A DNA stretch of 64,000 bases, taken from contig NC_042999.1 in assembly GCF_006345805.1 (NCBI RefSeq), positions 107,880,001-107,944,000 on the forward strand. Reading direction: 5' to 3'. The stretch is from Octopus sinensis (taxonomy: Eukaryota). Shown here one piece after another: positions 24,530-38,245 of this stretch; the stretch's first letter is position 1; each line of letters opens with the position of its first letter. Both the position numbers and the translations under genes were made by a program. The notes under the pieces are model-generated. The model saw only the letters and a list, made by a program, of their open reading frames with translations. It was not told the origin of the DNA and did no database searches.

Positions 24530-25329
24530 AAACCAAAAGTTATCTGGCTAGGATCTGTCTTTAATAATGTTTAATTATATCAGTTGTGAGTATATTGTTG
24601 GTTAGAATGTAAATTGTTACTCTACATTCTGTGATATAAGTATGGATGAAGCAATATGCAAAAAGTTTTCTTGAGAGCAAAACAAAAAAACCAGATAACA
24701 CTCACTAAAAAGAAATTATCTTCAGGGAGGAAAGAAAATCAATGAGCATCAAAGGTGAATGATTTTCAGTAATGATAAAATTATACTGTATATGAATTTA
24801 GGAAAAATGAATAACAAACTGAAGGATCATGTCATATAATTTCTATAAAATAAATATGAAATATTTATCATAACATTTCTTTGATAGACACACCTTGCAA
24901 AACACAATGAAGAATAAATAAAATAACATGAAAGCATTATTCTAGTAAAGGAAATGGACTAACTCATTTCAATTTTAAGACATTCACTCACACATGCAAA
25001 TGTTACTGCAAAAAAAGTATCTAGTGAATTCAGTTCAGAATATCATTGAAGGTCAAAGTCAAAGCATGACAGTCACATAAACATGTTATTTTAGTTATGC
25101 ACATATGTCATAAACGATTCAGTGATGGAAATGCATGCAACCAATCCAATTAGAGCTGACTGTAAGCTAATTCAACACTCAACTTTTCTACATATGCCAA
25201 TATTTTCCACCTTGCTTCAAAAACTTGCAGAGCACCTGCAGATTATATGCAGCATACTTGTACACTGCGGCACAGTGACTGAAAATGTCCAGTACTGACT
25301 AAAAACTGCTAATTAGCATATGATATAAT

Positions 25330-25830
25330 TTAGAGGTGCATGGCTTAGTGGTTAAGGTGTTGAACTCACGATCGTAAGATTGTGGCTTCGATTCCTGGAC
25401 CAGGCAATGTGTTGTATTCTTGAGAAAACACTTCATTTCATGTTGCTCCTGTCCACTCAGCTGTAGAAATGAGTATCACTAGTGGAGGTGCATTGCTTAG
25501 TGGTTAGGATGTTGGATTCACAACTGTAAGATTGTGGTTTTGGTACCTTGGCTGGGTGATCTATTGTGTTCTTGAGCAAAACTCTTCATTTCATGTTACT
25601 CTAGTCCACTCAGCTGCAAAAATGAGTTTAACCTGGAGAGGGATGGGCTCCACCAGGCTTTCTCACCCAAGGTATGCTACATGGCTGCAGCACCCAAACA
25701 ACTCCCAAAGGGTTAAAGGACTTGTCCATTGTCCATAATTTAGTGTTCTTAATTGTTTGTCTCTCTGATGTCCATGGAAACTGAGCCAGTGAAGTAGCTT
25801 CTATGTGGTCACTCAACTTACTTGAAATAA
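25330..25830 (+). mobile_element. SINE family D, two heads in tandem (25330-25480 and from 25483)
   Basis: Repeated gaggtgcatggcttagtggtt...tgtgttcttgagcaaaac...ccactcagctg...aaatgagt. Confidence 0.75.
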
Positions 25831-26588
25831 GAAATCGGAATTATTTTCTACTCATCTGTATTTCCATAAAATACTGAAATTGCCTTAATTCAAATAGTAA
25901 ACCTTTATATCTAGGCTTATTGTAGCTAATAGCTAATGTGAAAATAAGGTGGATTTCACCAATACAAAATTTGATTAAGAATATATTTAAACAAAAACCA
26001 CATAGATTTCAATTTCATATGCTTATAAATATGTCCATTGTAAAAACATACATGCTTTAATTCCTAAGACATCGATGACTTCTTCATTGAGGAAGGATTA
26101 TTAAGAAATTGAGATTGAATGTAAAAACTACTGCTAATCTCAGTTTCATAAGCAATTTCAGACTTATTTTCAATGAAATCTTTTGCATTGACTATAGTGT
26201 ATTTAATAAAAGTATAGGAAAAAATGGAAAGATGTGGAAGTAAAAATATCCTTGTTAATATTATATCATCTTAACTTATGAAAATATGTTTGTGGTTTCT
26301 ATGTAGCGATTTGCTCTTCAAGACACACTCTACCGTCTTTTAAAAATCATATGGAAATACACAATATAATGTAGCCTGATCTCTGTAAAGATGGGGTAGT
26401 CATGGTTGGAGTGCTTTTCATCATAGGCCTAGAGAATAAAGACTGCTCGGGGCTAAACAATATCATCTGGGTTTGCACAATCTCTTAAATGTATATAATT
26501 GCTGCAACTAAGATAGCTAAGATACTTATTTCTATCACAAATTTTCTAAAAACTTCCATCATTTCAAAATTTCATGTAGTCTATCTTT

Positions 26589-26962
26589 GCAGGTATGGCT
26601 GTGTAGTTAAAAATAGCTTGATTCATTACCATGTAGTTTCAGGTTCAGTTCCACTGTACATTACCTTGGGAATAAGGCTTCCTTTCTAGCCCTTGGCTGA
26701 CCAATGCCTTATAAGTGAATTTGCCAAATGGAAACTGTATGGACGCCAAAAATATGTGTGTGTGATTCTCCACCCCTCTGCTTGGAATCTGACATTGCTT
26801 TCTTTAAATACAATAACTTTTATTGGTTCAGCAACAGAGATCAATAGAATAAGTACTAACTTTAAAAAAACATTAAGGGTCAATTTGTTCAACTGAAACC
26901 CTTCAAGGTGGGGCCTCACCAGAGCTGCAGTCAAATGACTAAAACAAGTAAAAAAGATCAAA
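26589..26962 (+). mobile_element. SINE family A
   Basis: Head, core and tail motifs as in 18685-19093. Confidence 0.8.
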
Positions 26963-27254
26963 GATTACACATAGTAATTTTAAAAATACCTGCATTTGCT
27001 TTATCTGCACTAGTTATGAGATGAGAAAGCAACTTAGCTTAACCACTTAAAATTTAAACCAGTCATATCCGGCTCAAATAAAATATTCTACCTGTTTTAT
27101 TTTCCAAACTGGCTGAGTCTGGCCTCTTACACTAACCCTACAATGTAATTCTAAAAATAAACAATTGCATCATTGAAGTCTCAAAGCTACAAAATATTTC
27201 AAAGCAATATGAATATATAAACATTTCATTTGACAGAGTAATATCAATACTAAA

Positions 27255-27607
27255 GATTTAAAAGTGTATTTATATCTTGGTTTTAATCATGGTACTATAG
27301 ACATAATAGAAAATCTAACTGGAGCATTTCCGATTTCATTTGCGTATTTATTACCATCTTTTACTCTTTTCAGTATCACAAATACACATACAATCACATA
27401 GACATCTTATCAAGTTAAGATGTCTGCAATTACTTAGCTTCATCAATCAATCTTAATAGACACATAAATTTCTCATTTATAAATATCTTCCATTGTATAA
27501 CACTGGTCTTGAAGTAACAAGAATTTCATTATGAAGAAAGGACTATTTAGAAATCAACAGTCAATGTAGAAACTAATACTTCGTCCACTTTCAAAAGTAG
27601 TTTTCAG
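27255..27607 (+). repeat. AT-rich ~340-bp repeat, inverted partner of 28952-29305
   Basis: For example gtagaaactaatacttcgtccactttcaaaagta versus tacttttgaaagtggacgaagtattagtttctac. Confidence 0.85.
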
Positions 27608-27717
27608 TTGTGTTAAATCTTGTAAGTACTTCATACTTATCATCTTCAGTCTTAGGAAAAATATGAATGTCACAGCAGTGCATTGTTCCTTTTGAAAACA
27701 AGAAAATTAGAAATTAG

Positions 27718-28118
27718 GAGTGGCTGGGAGGCGCAGGAGTGGCTGTGTGGTAAGTAGCTCCTTACCAACTACATGGTTTCAGGTTCAGTCCCACTGCATA
27801 GCACCTTGGGCAAGTGTCTTCTATTATAGTCTTGGGCCAACCAAAGCCTTGAGTGGATTTGGTAGATGGAAATTGAAAACCTGTTGAATATATGTGTATA
27901 TATATACATATATATGTTTGTGTGTCTGTGTTTGTCCCCCCACTATTGCTTGACAACCAATGCTGGTGTGTTTACATCACCGTAACTTAGCAGTTTGGCA
28001 AAAGATACTGACAGAATAAGTACTAGACTTACAAAGAATTAGTCCTGGGGTCAATTTGTTCAACTAAAGGTGGTGCTCCAGCATGACTGCAATCAAATGA
28101 TTGAAACAAATAAAAGAA
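27718..28118 (+). mobile_element. SINE family A with short 5' duplication (aggagtggctg twice)
   Basis: Full head, core and tail visible. Confidence 0.88.
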
Positions 28119-28951
28119 TATGTATTTGAAACTAAAGTTCACTGCTGGTTTTAACAAACATACTGCAATGATTTTATGACTCCAATAAGATTTCTTGAGT
28201 TTCTGATATAGTTTGGGTCATAGGTAGGTAAAAATCAGATTTAAGTCTAGTGAGTAAATGGTAGAAATCTGAGGTATTGTTGTCAGTGTGTGTAAGATAT
28301 TACTATATGGCTATTGAAACCTTTTATCTTTTACTTGTTTCAATCATTAGGCTGCTGTTATCTCCAAGGCTGGAGCACTGCCTTGGAAATAACAGCCTAC
28401 CATAACCAGGCTTTGAACTTGGGTTATGATGGCCATAATGTGGGGTCCTAACCACTAAACAATCATGGCTTAGTGGTAAAAGTAATCTGGGTTTATTTAA
28501 AATTAGCAAAATATTGAAATCCATTTGAGCCAAAAGAAAATTAATTGGATGATAAATATTGTCATCAACACTACTTTTTCCTTGCTTGCATGGGTCAGAT
28601 GAGATTGCATAGGGACAGAGCATTTTTGTTTTGTCTCTTTCCACAATTGGATACCCTTGGTTGATAGTCCCATGTGTTTCCAGGTGAAATAATAATTTCT
28701 TTGCTTATCAAACAACAAACAGCTTAGACATGCTTTCGTGGTCAACTGCACACAAACAATATTATCAGGAAGCTGTTATTTACAGACCAGCAAATGTAAG
28801 GGAAACTTGAACTCGCTCACATACAGCTACATATGACAGGGTTCTTACAGTTTTCAAAGTCATTCACAAAGCTTATAGTAGAGGACACTTGCCCAAGGGT
28901 TTGTATAGTGAGACTGAACCTAGAACCAATAGCTATTGAAAATTTTATTTG

Positions 28952-29305
28952 CTGAAAACAAAATTACTTTTGAAAGTGGACGAAGTATTAGTTTCTACAA
29001 TGACTGTTGATTTATAAATAGTCCTTTCTTCATAATTAAAACCCTGTTACTTCAAGACCAGTGTCATACAATGGAAGATATTTATAAATATGGGAATTTT
29101 ATATGTCTATTAAGATTGATTGATTGAAGCTAAGTAATTGCTGACATTTTAACTTGATAAGATATTTATGCGATTGTGTTTGTGATACTGAAAAGAGTAA
29201 AAGATGGTAATAAATACACAATTGAAATCAGAAATGCTCCACTTAGAACTTCTAATATTTTTATAGTACCATGATTAGAGCCAGAACATAACCATACATT
29301 TAAGC
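28952..29305 (-). repeat. AT-rich ~340-bp repeat, inverted partner of 27255-27607
   Basis: Collinear reverse-complement similarity over the whole length. Confidence 0.85.
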
Positions 29306-29844
29306 TAATTTGCTTTCTACTATCATAACTTGCACAGGATAAAGCAATTATAGGTAATTTTCAGTTTGTGTATGACAATTGTCATCTTCTTTCACATGTA
29401 ATGTTATATGAAATTTCTATATGGAAGTTGTCGGAAAATTTGTGATAGAAAAGAGTATATATATCCCCTAGGACCATCTTAACTTGACCCGGCTGCCATC
29501 AATCAGTCTAAATGCAGTAAATATTGGAATCTATTGATTTTGGTTGGATATTAGCTAGAATAAGCCTAGACACATAGTTTGACTATCTGAACTAATAGAG
29601 TTTCAATCTGTTTGGAAATAGAAGAGGGTAGAAAACAATTCTGATTTCTTATTTCAAGTCATGTAGCTATATATTATAAAAAATAACAACATTATAAAAA
29701 ATAAAGTAATGTATTTGAAACGATTCAGTAATTGTGGAAAATTGAGCGTATTAGTTTCTCTCCTTGTAAAGCAATAACATAAATATTTTGATTAAAGCAG
29801 GTAAATAAAATCGAAACTAATTCATTATTAATGCTGTATGAAAC

Positions 29845-29859
29845 TGTTTTATTATTATC

Positions 29860-29915
<56 letters not shown>
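29845..29915. repeat. (ATT)n/(TA)n microsatellite
   Basis: Directly visible. Confidence 0.9.
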
Positions 29916-29916
<1 letters not shown>

Positions 29917-31721
29917 GAAATGTATGTTTTAGTAAATAAAAATATATAACTAAAATCATCTAGATATAACCAAGATATTATCTAGGAATGCAGCTTAAAT
30001 CTGTAACAATGATTGTCAGTACATATAAAAGATGAAATTCTTAATGAAACAATTGTAATTTCTGTGTTTCTTTGGAATTAACATATCAGTTATTTCATTG
30101 TTTCTAAACTCTAAGATTTTGGTATACTTATGATTCTTGATACATGTTCTAAAGATCTTCACATACACTCAATGTTAAAGATAAATAGATATTGAAATTA
30201 ATTATGAGGTATAATGCTATCATAATCTTATTGGTTTTCGATATAAATTCTTTAGATACAATGAAATTTCCAAATGTAGGGAAAAGAAATTATAAATAAC
30301 TAGACCACTTTATTGAAGCTGTTTACTGATAGTAGTTCTATCTTATGCATTTTATTATTAATTTCTAATTGTGATTTTATTTGTAAAAAAAAAAGCCTAT
30401 TTGTCTTTAATTTTTATTTTTGTTCAGTGACTGTATTCTTTTGGTTTTCTTTTTCATCGCAGATATTACTATAGTTTGCGTGCTAATGTTTAGTAATTAA
30501 AATAAGATAGAATTAAAAAAGAAAATTATTTTAAAATTCACTCTTGTGGATAGCATTAATTTGTAACTGGAAAAATGGTGAATTAGTCTATTTTAATTGA
30601 TTGGAAAACAATTAGAATAAAAGAATTATATCCCTTAAAACAATAAATCATTTCAGAAAGAGAAAAATAATAGAGGTACAAAGGAGTAATGGTGTGAAAA
30701 GTGATGCTTCACTTTTATGGACTTTAAGCTAGAAGTTTGCAGGAGACTGATTCGTTCTCATATACAACAGAACAATACAGCAACCAGCAGTTCATGTAAT
30801 CCTGATCATGAGCCAGTGATATGATGATACAAATGTATACACCAAGTAGATTTTGCTTTATACATTATATTGACCAAAAAGCATTAAAAAAATATAGATA
30901 TGAATGAAGCAGTAGAAAATAAAGTAGATTTCTCTAACAAAGAATCCAACACAATTTTAAGTATACACATATGAGAATATCACATAAATTTTATATGCTT
31001 AAAAATATGCCCAGTTTTGCTTTTATTCTTAAAACAACTTAGACTTCTTTATCAAGGAACTAGTATTTAGGAATTGGAATTGAATGCAAAAAAAAAAAAA
31101 AAAACTAATTTCAGTTTTGTAAGCTATTTCAGCCTTATTTTCATTGGATGAAATCTTCTCGATTTGTGTTGACCATAGAGTATTTAATAAGCGTGTGAGA
31201 GAAGATGAACATAAACTTGATGAAAAGATGTGAAAGTAAAAGTACCCTCATTGATATTATATCACTTTTGCTTTACTAAAATATATTTTTATGGTTTCTT
31301 ATTAAGAGTAGCTTCCTCTTAATACCGGAAGCAGTTTTCATTTGTGACTTAATTGAAATCTTAAGTAACTTTTCATTTATTTCATTGATGATTATTTAAT
31401 ATCAATACAGTGCCTTTGTCTTCATTCTAAAATATAAATTCTTCAATCCTTCTTACGCTCAAAGCTTTGATTATATTATAGTCTTTTTGAAATGGTTTCA
31501 ATTATAGATGAATATATATATATATAAGTTTCAACCAGCTTGGCCTCATCAGACTGTCTGAAGGCAAAGCAGCCTGAGACTTCAAAGTTACTGTTAATGC
31601 TATTCTTATTAAATATGTACTCTATAAAAAAGATATTGAGTAATCCTCCAGTTTATTGTAAAATTATTTCGTTTTTGGATTTGGTTTGCAAGATTCTTTA
31701 TGTGAGTTTGTGTGTTGAAGC

Positions 31722-32050
31722 ATATTCTGTTGTGTCTGGGGAGAGCCATTTTCTTTTTTTGCCTTATAATGTAACACACTCACCGGTAAGATTTCTACTT
31801 ATTTCTTATTTTTATTTTCCTAAAATTTTTGTTGTTTTGCAACCATTGCAATAGTCTTGACTCTGTCCATTATTTACTCTGCGTTCCTTTTTGTTTGGTT
31901 GTGTGCATGTCAAGACTATTGAAAAGGTTGCAAGATGCAACGAAAATTTTAGGAAAATAAAAATAAGAAATAAGTGGAAATTTTACTGGTGAATGTGTTA
32001 CATTATAAGGCACAAAAAGAAAATGACTCTCTCCAGACACAACAGAATAT
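31722..32050. mobile_element. Foldback MITE with ~140-bp inverted arms and 47-nt spacer
   Basis: Arms 31722-31861 and 31909-32050; termini (TA)ttctgttgtgtctgg ... ccagacacaacagaa(TA) suggest a TA-targeting Tc1/mariner-type MITE. Confidence 0.88.
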
Positions 32051-32104
32051 TGTGAAATTGTTTTTATTATTATTCAACCAAAGAAAAAAATCATTCATAT
32101 TCTT

Positions 32105-32532
32105 TTATTCTTTTACATGTTTCATTTGACTGCGGCCATGCTGGAGCTTCAACTTTAATCTAACAAATCAACCCCAGGACTTACTCTTTGTAGGCCTAGT
32201 ATTTCTTCTATCAATCTCTTTTGCCAAACTGCTAAGTTACTGGGACGTAAACACACCAGCATCGGTTGTCAAACGATGAGGGATGGGGACAAACACAGGC
32301 ACACAAATACATACATACATATAAAATAACAAACTCTATTTATCATACATAAATACATATATCTATATATGATGGGCTTCTTTTAGTCTCTGTCTACCAA
32401 ATCCACTCGCAAGGGTCTGGCCAGCCCCCAGTCTACAGTAGAAGACACTTGCCCAAGGTACCACACAGTAGGACTGAACCCGGAACTATGTGGTTGGGAA
32501 GCAAACCTCTTACCACACAGCCACTCCTGCAC
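32105..32532 (-). mobile_element. SINE family A
   Basis: Reverse complement of the A consensus with (CATA)n linker. Confidence 0.88.
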
Positions 32533-32907
32533 CTATATATATAAAAATGTATATGTGTTTGTGTACACTTTTTTATTGGTATAAGTCATTAGACTGTGGT
32601 CATGCTGGGGCACTGCCTTGAAAGTTTTTGGTTGATTAAACTGGCTCCAGCTGCTATTTTAGGTCAGGTACTGTCACTTGTTGCTAAACCACTTATTTAT
32701 AGGGACATAAACAAGCCTGCACTAACTGTCAAGCAATGAGACAAGTGCAAAAATGCATGCACACACATAAACACATACATATATCATCATCGACATCATT
32801 TAACATATGGTCTCTGTGCTTGCATAGGTTGGGTGAGTCAGAGGACAGCATTCAGCTGCAATATCTGTTTTGGTATGGTGTCTATGGTTGGAGCCCTTCC
32901 TAATACC

Positions 32908-33150
32908 CAGCGCAGTGGAGTCAAAACAAAAAATTTCGACTCCGACTCCTGTACTATTGGCAACTCCGATTCTGACTCTGACTCCTCTTTACATAATTAA
33001 GTGATTGTGGTCTACATGTCTCATAAAACATATGCATATGTTTGTACTTTGAGTAGGCCTTTATGTTATAACTGGTTTATATTAAAGAATAAAGACATTG
33101 TGAGTCGGAATCAGAGTCAGTATAGTTTTACTGACTCCAACTCCAGCTAT
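32908..33150. mobile_element. MITE-like element with GGAGTC/GACTCC subterminal hexamer repeats (possibly hAT-type)
   Basis: ggagtc...gactccgactcc...gattctgactctgactcc and gagtcggaatcagagtcag...gactccaactcc. Confidence 0.5.
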
Positions 33151-36100
33151 CCCTTAATTGTTTCCAATGAGGGTTTTAGGCAAGATTATAAGCAATGATA
33201 AAGTATGATGAAAAGAGCAAATTTATAGCTGTGAGAGGGTGGTGGTGGGGAGAGTAACAGAGTAGTTATTTTAGGGGATGGGGTATGAAAGAAATGGGGA
33301 AGGGATTATTGTCATAGGTTAGTGAGAAACAGAGACAGTAGTAAGGTTGGGCCTTATGATATTTATTTGACTGCAAGCCATAGGATATGTAAATTAGAAT
33401 TGAGCCCTTTCACCTGTGAGCAACTGGCCAATGTGCCCATACATTAAGTTGGTATGGAGGTGGGTTGTGTACCAAGGGTCCAGGGATATCCCACATTACA
33501 ATGGTGAATATGGGGGAAATGTTTGGGAGTATGGAACATGAGAGAGAGAATATATGGTAAGAAAAAATGGAGAGAGAGAGAGAATGGATGAGAGTGGTAA
33601 GGATCTTGAAATAGCCATTGGAAGAGATGTGTGAGATTATGGAGGCTAGGTGAGAGAGATAAGAGAGGGTTGAGGTAGTGGAAAAAGCTGTGGGGAGAGG
33701 ATACTCAGAGAAAAGAGGCAGAAGAGTGATGGATAGCAGTGAGCAAACAAGTGAGCAGTACAACTGGTGAGATGAGACATGAATAATATAGTGAGCAGGA
33801 AGATAGGTTCAGGAGAATAATGAGGATGGGCCAATGAAGTAGTGTGTGTGTGTGTGTTTGGTCAATTCAAATAAACAACTAAAATTAATGGCCAACTGGA
33901 GGGTGTGCACAAGGAATATATTAGCTTGATGCTCAGTGAAAAGAGAGAGTTTGATGTTTTGAGCATAGCTCTTCATTGGAAAGGAGAAAGGGAAAAGTCC
34001 AAAAAAGGAAAAGAAATCGCCAACCTCACATGTGTAAGTGACCAGAAGTAGAACACAGGCGCACATGAAAGGTGTTTTCCATTTACCAAATTCTTATTTT
34101 AGTAGTTGCTACTGGGATTTGTTTCAGCTCACCTTGCCAAGAATTTCTATTCTTGCTACCTTTAATCTAATGATATGTATTCAATTTAATGATATGTATC
34201 CCTGCTGATAACGTGTGGTTGAGTGGTCTTCATCCTTTATTAGGGTTTCTAAACAACCAACAACAGTTACAAAATACTCAATGTTAAAAGTAATGCTGTA
34301 ACCTCTGTGTGTGTGGTGTATGTGTGTCTGTATTTTTTTTTATATATAAAGTTAAGTTGGAGTAAATTTCTTCTGGGATTTATTTATTCTCTGAGAAAGA
34401 ATGTTTCTCAAGGTGAATTCAGTTATTAATAGAGATTAATAAAATGAGTACTATGCTAAGTACTGAAGTTGCTACAATTGATTAAAGACCCTTGAAGGTA
34501 GAGCCTCTGCATGGCCACAGACTGAGAACAATACAATAAATTTAATAAGTGTTCTGGATAAAGCATATCCGGCCAGTGTTCTGCTGCTTTTGTTTTGTAC
34601 AAAACCTTGTTATTAATGATTATGTCTTTTATGATAGATGTAATAATTTTTCATAAAAGTGACATTAAATTTACTGGTTGTAGTTATTTCATAGTCTGCT
34701 GCTTATTTCAGTTTAATGTCTTTAGTATAGCATGCACCAGTATTTTGTGATATTGATATTAAATAATAGCAGCTGAGGCATAACGCTCAGAGCCTTTTCA
34801 GTTTTAGAATATACATTTTATAGACTAGAGAAATAACTTTTGAATGTGTTAGGTTTGAGAAGAACTGGAATCCTTATTCTAGTCTGCAGCTTTGAATTCT
34901 CAATTTTCCAAAAGGATTTAGGTTTCTCTTTCATATTTCAGATTAGATTAATATGGAATTTGGTTTCAGAATACTTGGTCGTCTTTTGCTTTCATTGCAT
35001 TCTAGCCAGTCATAGGAACACTTTGCTTCGACACACTGCCAAAGCTGTTGCTTGATGTTTCTGAATTTAATTACACTATGGTTCATCTAAATGTTTGTGT
35101 TAGAACAAGGAGTGTTTTATACAGTCTTTGACAACCTCAACCTCATTGATCAGAAATTTATTGTAAATCTCATTAAAATCTTCAACTAATTTATCAATTT
35201 ATCATCCCAGTTAATTATAGAAACTTTTTCTCTGATGACTGCATAGTCAGCTTTTGAAATAGTTGAAAGAGTTAACAGAACTTTTATCATCTATCATGAA
35301 ATTAGTTGAGTTTGACAAGGCAGCTATGACGGGTTTTAAATATCTTGTTGTTTAGCCCTAGGTCTTATATGATAGAAGATCTATGATCAGAAGCATTTCC
35401 ACTGTAACCATCATGTGCATTTTTTTTCTGATACAGTATACCTAGGACTACCTTATCCAGTGCTTCCTTCCCATTTTAAAATATTCTTCTGGTTGTTTGA
35501 CTTCAGCAGGGATAATGAATGGGATTAGAGACCTCTAAATATTACTTTGACTTGCTATGGGTCTTTGATTTAATGGAACATTTTTGAGGTAAGTCCCAAA
35601 ATGTTGATGTTCTGGGAATGGAAAAAAATGAGTGATATATTTGATTTTGCAATGTGAGATGCAGCGATATGTTCACTAAGTAACTGTGCCAACAGTGGCA
35701 TGTTCAGTGGTATGAACGTTATACTACGAGGAAAAGTGCTTATAAAGTGTTGACAATTTGTTTCCATAGATTTGAGGATTTTTATGAGACATAATACATT
35801 TTTCATGTTTTTCTTCCCCCTCCTCCCATACTTATATATATTTCTTTGTTATATTTTATCTTCAGCATTTTCTACTCTGAACCTATATCTTCCCTCTTTT
35901 CTCTAGTACAGCTGTCAATAATATACTCATTATGTCATAAATAACTTATTATCTGTCCATAAACGGAAATCCTTATCATTTAGTTTTTTGTTTTACTTTA
36001 TGATAATGTAACTTCTATATGTGTAGTTACACGTTTATATATATATATACATTATTTTATATGAACTTTTGAATATCAAGTAGACTATCGTATTATTTTA

Positions 36101-37864
36101 TCTAATTTCATTTCCTTAGGCGATATTGATATGTACACTATAAAATGAATATTACTAAAATATTCACAATCTCTATATTGATTGCCAAGTTAAGGTAAAA
36201 CCTCAAGCTGACAAAAAAAAGAGTTAATTTTTTATTATTATTATAATTTGAAATAGATTAACCTCCAGGGACAAGAGATAAAGGTATAAATCATCTAATA
36301 GTATTGTGCTGGTTATAATGGCAGATGGATCAGAGTATTATGACAAAATATTGGAACACTGTAATTAAAGAATATTATTGAGATCGAATACAAAGCTAAT
36401 ACAAGGTTTCTCAAGTATAAATTTTTGAGAATGAATCAGAGAAAACAGAAATATTCAAGCAGCTTTCTGGAGATATATACCGACATGAAAAAAATAAATA
36501 ACATTAAAAACACTGATTATAAAATAGTTTTATGGAGGAATATTTAAATGGTTTCAAAAGACAATCAAGGTAAAATTTAATTCAAACATTTATGAATTAT
36601 GTATTAAGTTGCAGAGGAGAAAAATTCATCCAAATATTTTAATAAATTTTTTTGCGTTTATTTTTTATTGAGCTTATTTTGAATCTCTCCACCTTTACTG
36701 CTTGCATATGATTATTTCATTGTTTATAGAGTGGAAAATTTATCAAATAAAAGTTACTCAACTAATATTTTAATTGTTTTTAATAAATTACCCTTTTTCA
36801 TTGTTAATTATAAGGAACTTATGATTTTTGTCCTCTAACCAAATATATTTAATGTAATTTTTCTTGATTAGCTCAACTGTCATTAGATGAATTTTTATTA
36901 TTGTCTCCTTCCTTATTCAGTTACTGATGTGGAGAAATTTTTACAATGATAATTTAATTTTCGCAGAAAACACCACAAGTTGCCTTAAGATTATATTTGA
37001 TATTATCTCAAACATCACTTACTTCCAATCAGAGGATATAAGAAAAATAAGTAGCCAGGTTAGTATTAATAAAACTAAGGTAAATGATTTACTGAGGAGA
37101 TAGCGATTCTATGTTTTTCTTTGTTTTTTCCTCAGCTAAATGTAAAAATAGAATCTGTGTTCATAAAATCCATTCTCATAAGTTAATCATATGACAGGCA
37201 TGATGTTTCTTACATAAAGTTACCTGTAAAGTTTGAGATGTTTACTCTGTTAGCCTTGTAATATTAAAGAAGGACAAAGAAAACAACTGACTTGAAAGGT
37301 ATATTCAGGCAACAGTATTTTCCAAAGAATAATATTTCTAAAATATCTATTCATTGTGCTATTGGGATTAAAAGAAGGGAGTATGAAAATACCTGTCTTT
37401 TTGAAAGATGATATCTTGCTTCAGATTGTTTAATCAACCTATTTAATTAGCTACTCTCCTTAAAAGTTTCTTTTATGATTATAAAAAAGACCACACTGTG
37501 TTAGTCTGTAAATACATTCTAGAAAATTTGTGTATATATCCTAAGATTAAACCATTAAAGATAATTTTCCATTTTTTTTAAGAGTGTATATAATTTATCA
37601 AAGCAAAGATAATGAAGCCATGTGGTATATCATGATAGCCTTTCTTTGGAAGAGAGGATTTTGGATGTTTTTACTCTAATCCTTAAATACTCCTGTAGAG
37701 AACATCAATCTACCACTGGGATAAACCCTAGCTGCTACTGGTACATATTTTCAGATGTGTAGATTGAAGCATTGGGAAGTGAAGTGCCTTGCTTAAGGGC
37801 ACTTTGCACTGCCAAACACCATAACCACTTGATGATGTGTCCTCAGAAAATAATTGGCTTAGTT

Positions 37865-38245
37865 ACTTTTTTATTTTGTTACTTGTTTTAGTCATTTGAC
37901 TGTGGCCATGCTGGAGCACTGCCTTTAGTCGAACAAATCAACCCCAGGACTTAGTCTTTGTAAGCCTAGTACTTATTCTATTGGTTTGTTTTGCTGAACT
38001 GCTAAGTTATGGGGACATAAATACACCAACATCAGTTGTCAAGAGATGGTGGGGCAACACACAGACACACAAATGTACACACACACATATACACGAACGA
38101 CAGGCTTCTTTCAGTTTCCATCTACCAAATCCACTCAGAAGGCTTTGGTCGGCTCAAGGCTATAGCAGAAGATGCTTGCCCAAGGTGCCATGCAGTGGGA
38201 CTGGAACCATGTGGTTGAGAAGCCAGCTTCTTACCACACAGTCAC
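37865..38245 (-). mobile_element. SINE family A
   Basis: Reverse complement of the A consensus. Confidence 0.88.

Larger units (their letters stand above)
21925..25297 (-). mobile_element. Internally deleted hAT (Buster/Charlie-like) DNA transposon fossil; ends tentative
   Basis: Left end cagtgatcttgaacc; right end ctgcggcacagtgactgaaaa...actg with GCGGCACA-type subterminal motifs; possible 8-bp TSD acttaaac (21917-21924) versus actaaaaa (25298-25305); transposase fragments inside. Confidence 0.6.

Noticed and set aside
30463-30492. Strong acceptor followed by YYYSLRANV and a stop
   Set aside because: Could be a terminal exon, but nothing in the sequence links it to a gene.
33230-33830. Purine-rich block (and the pyrimidine-rich block at about 52300-52800) with 117-aa and 62-aa ORFs
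   Set aside because: Low-complexity, probably very old repeat remnants; the ORFs reflect strand bias and have no motifs I can name.
33875-34033. 53-codon open frame ending at a GTAAGT donor
   Set aside because: No acceptor with a pyrimidine tract, and it lies beside a purine-rich degenerate repeat.
36257-36283. Candidate 27-nt microexon (INLQGQEIK)
   Set aside because: In frame with AG/GT ends but too short to support without transcript data.
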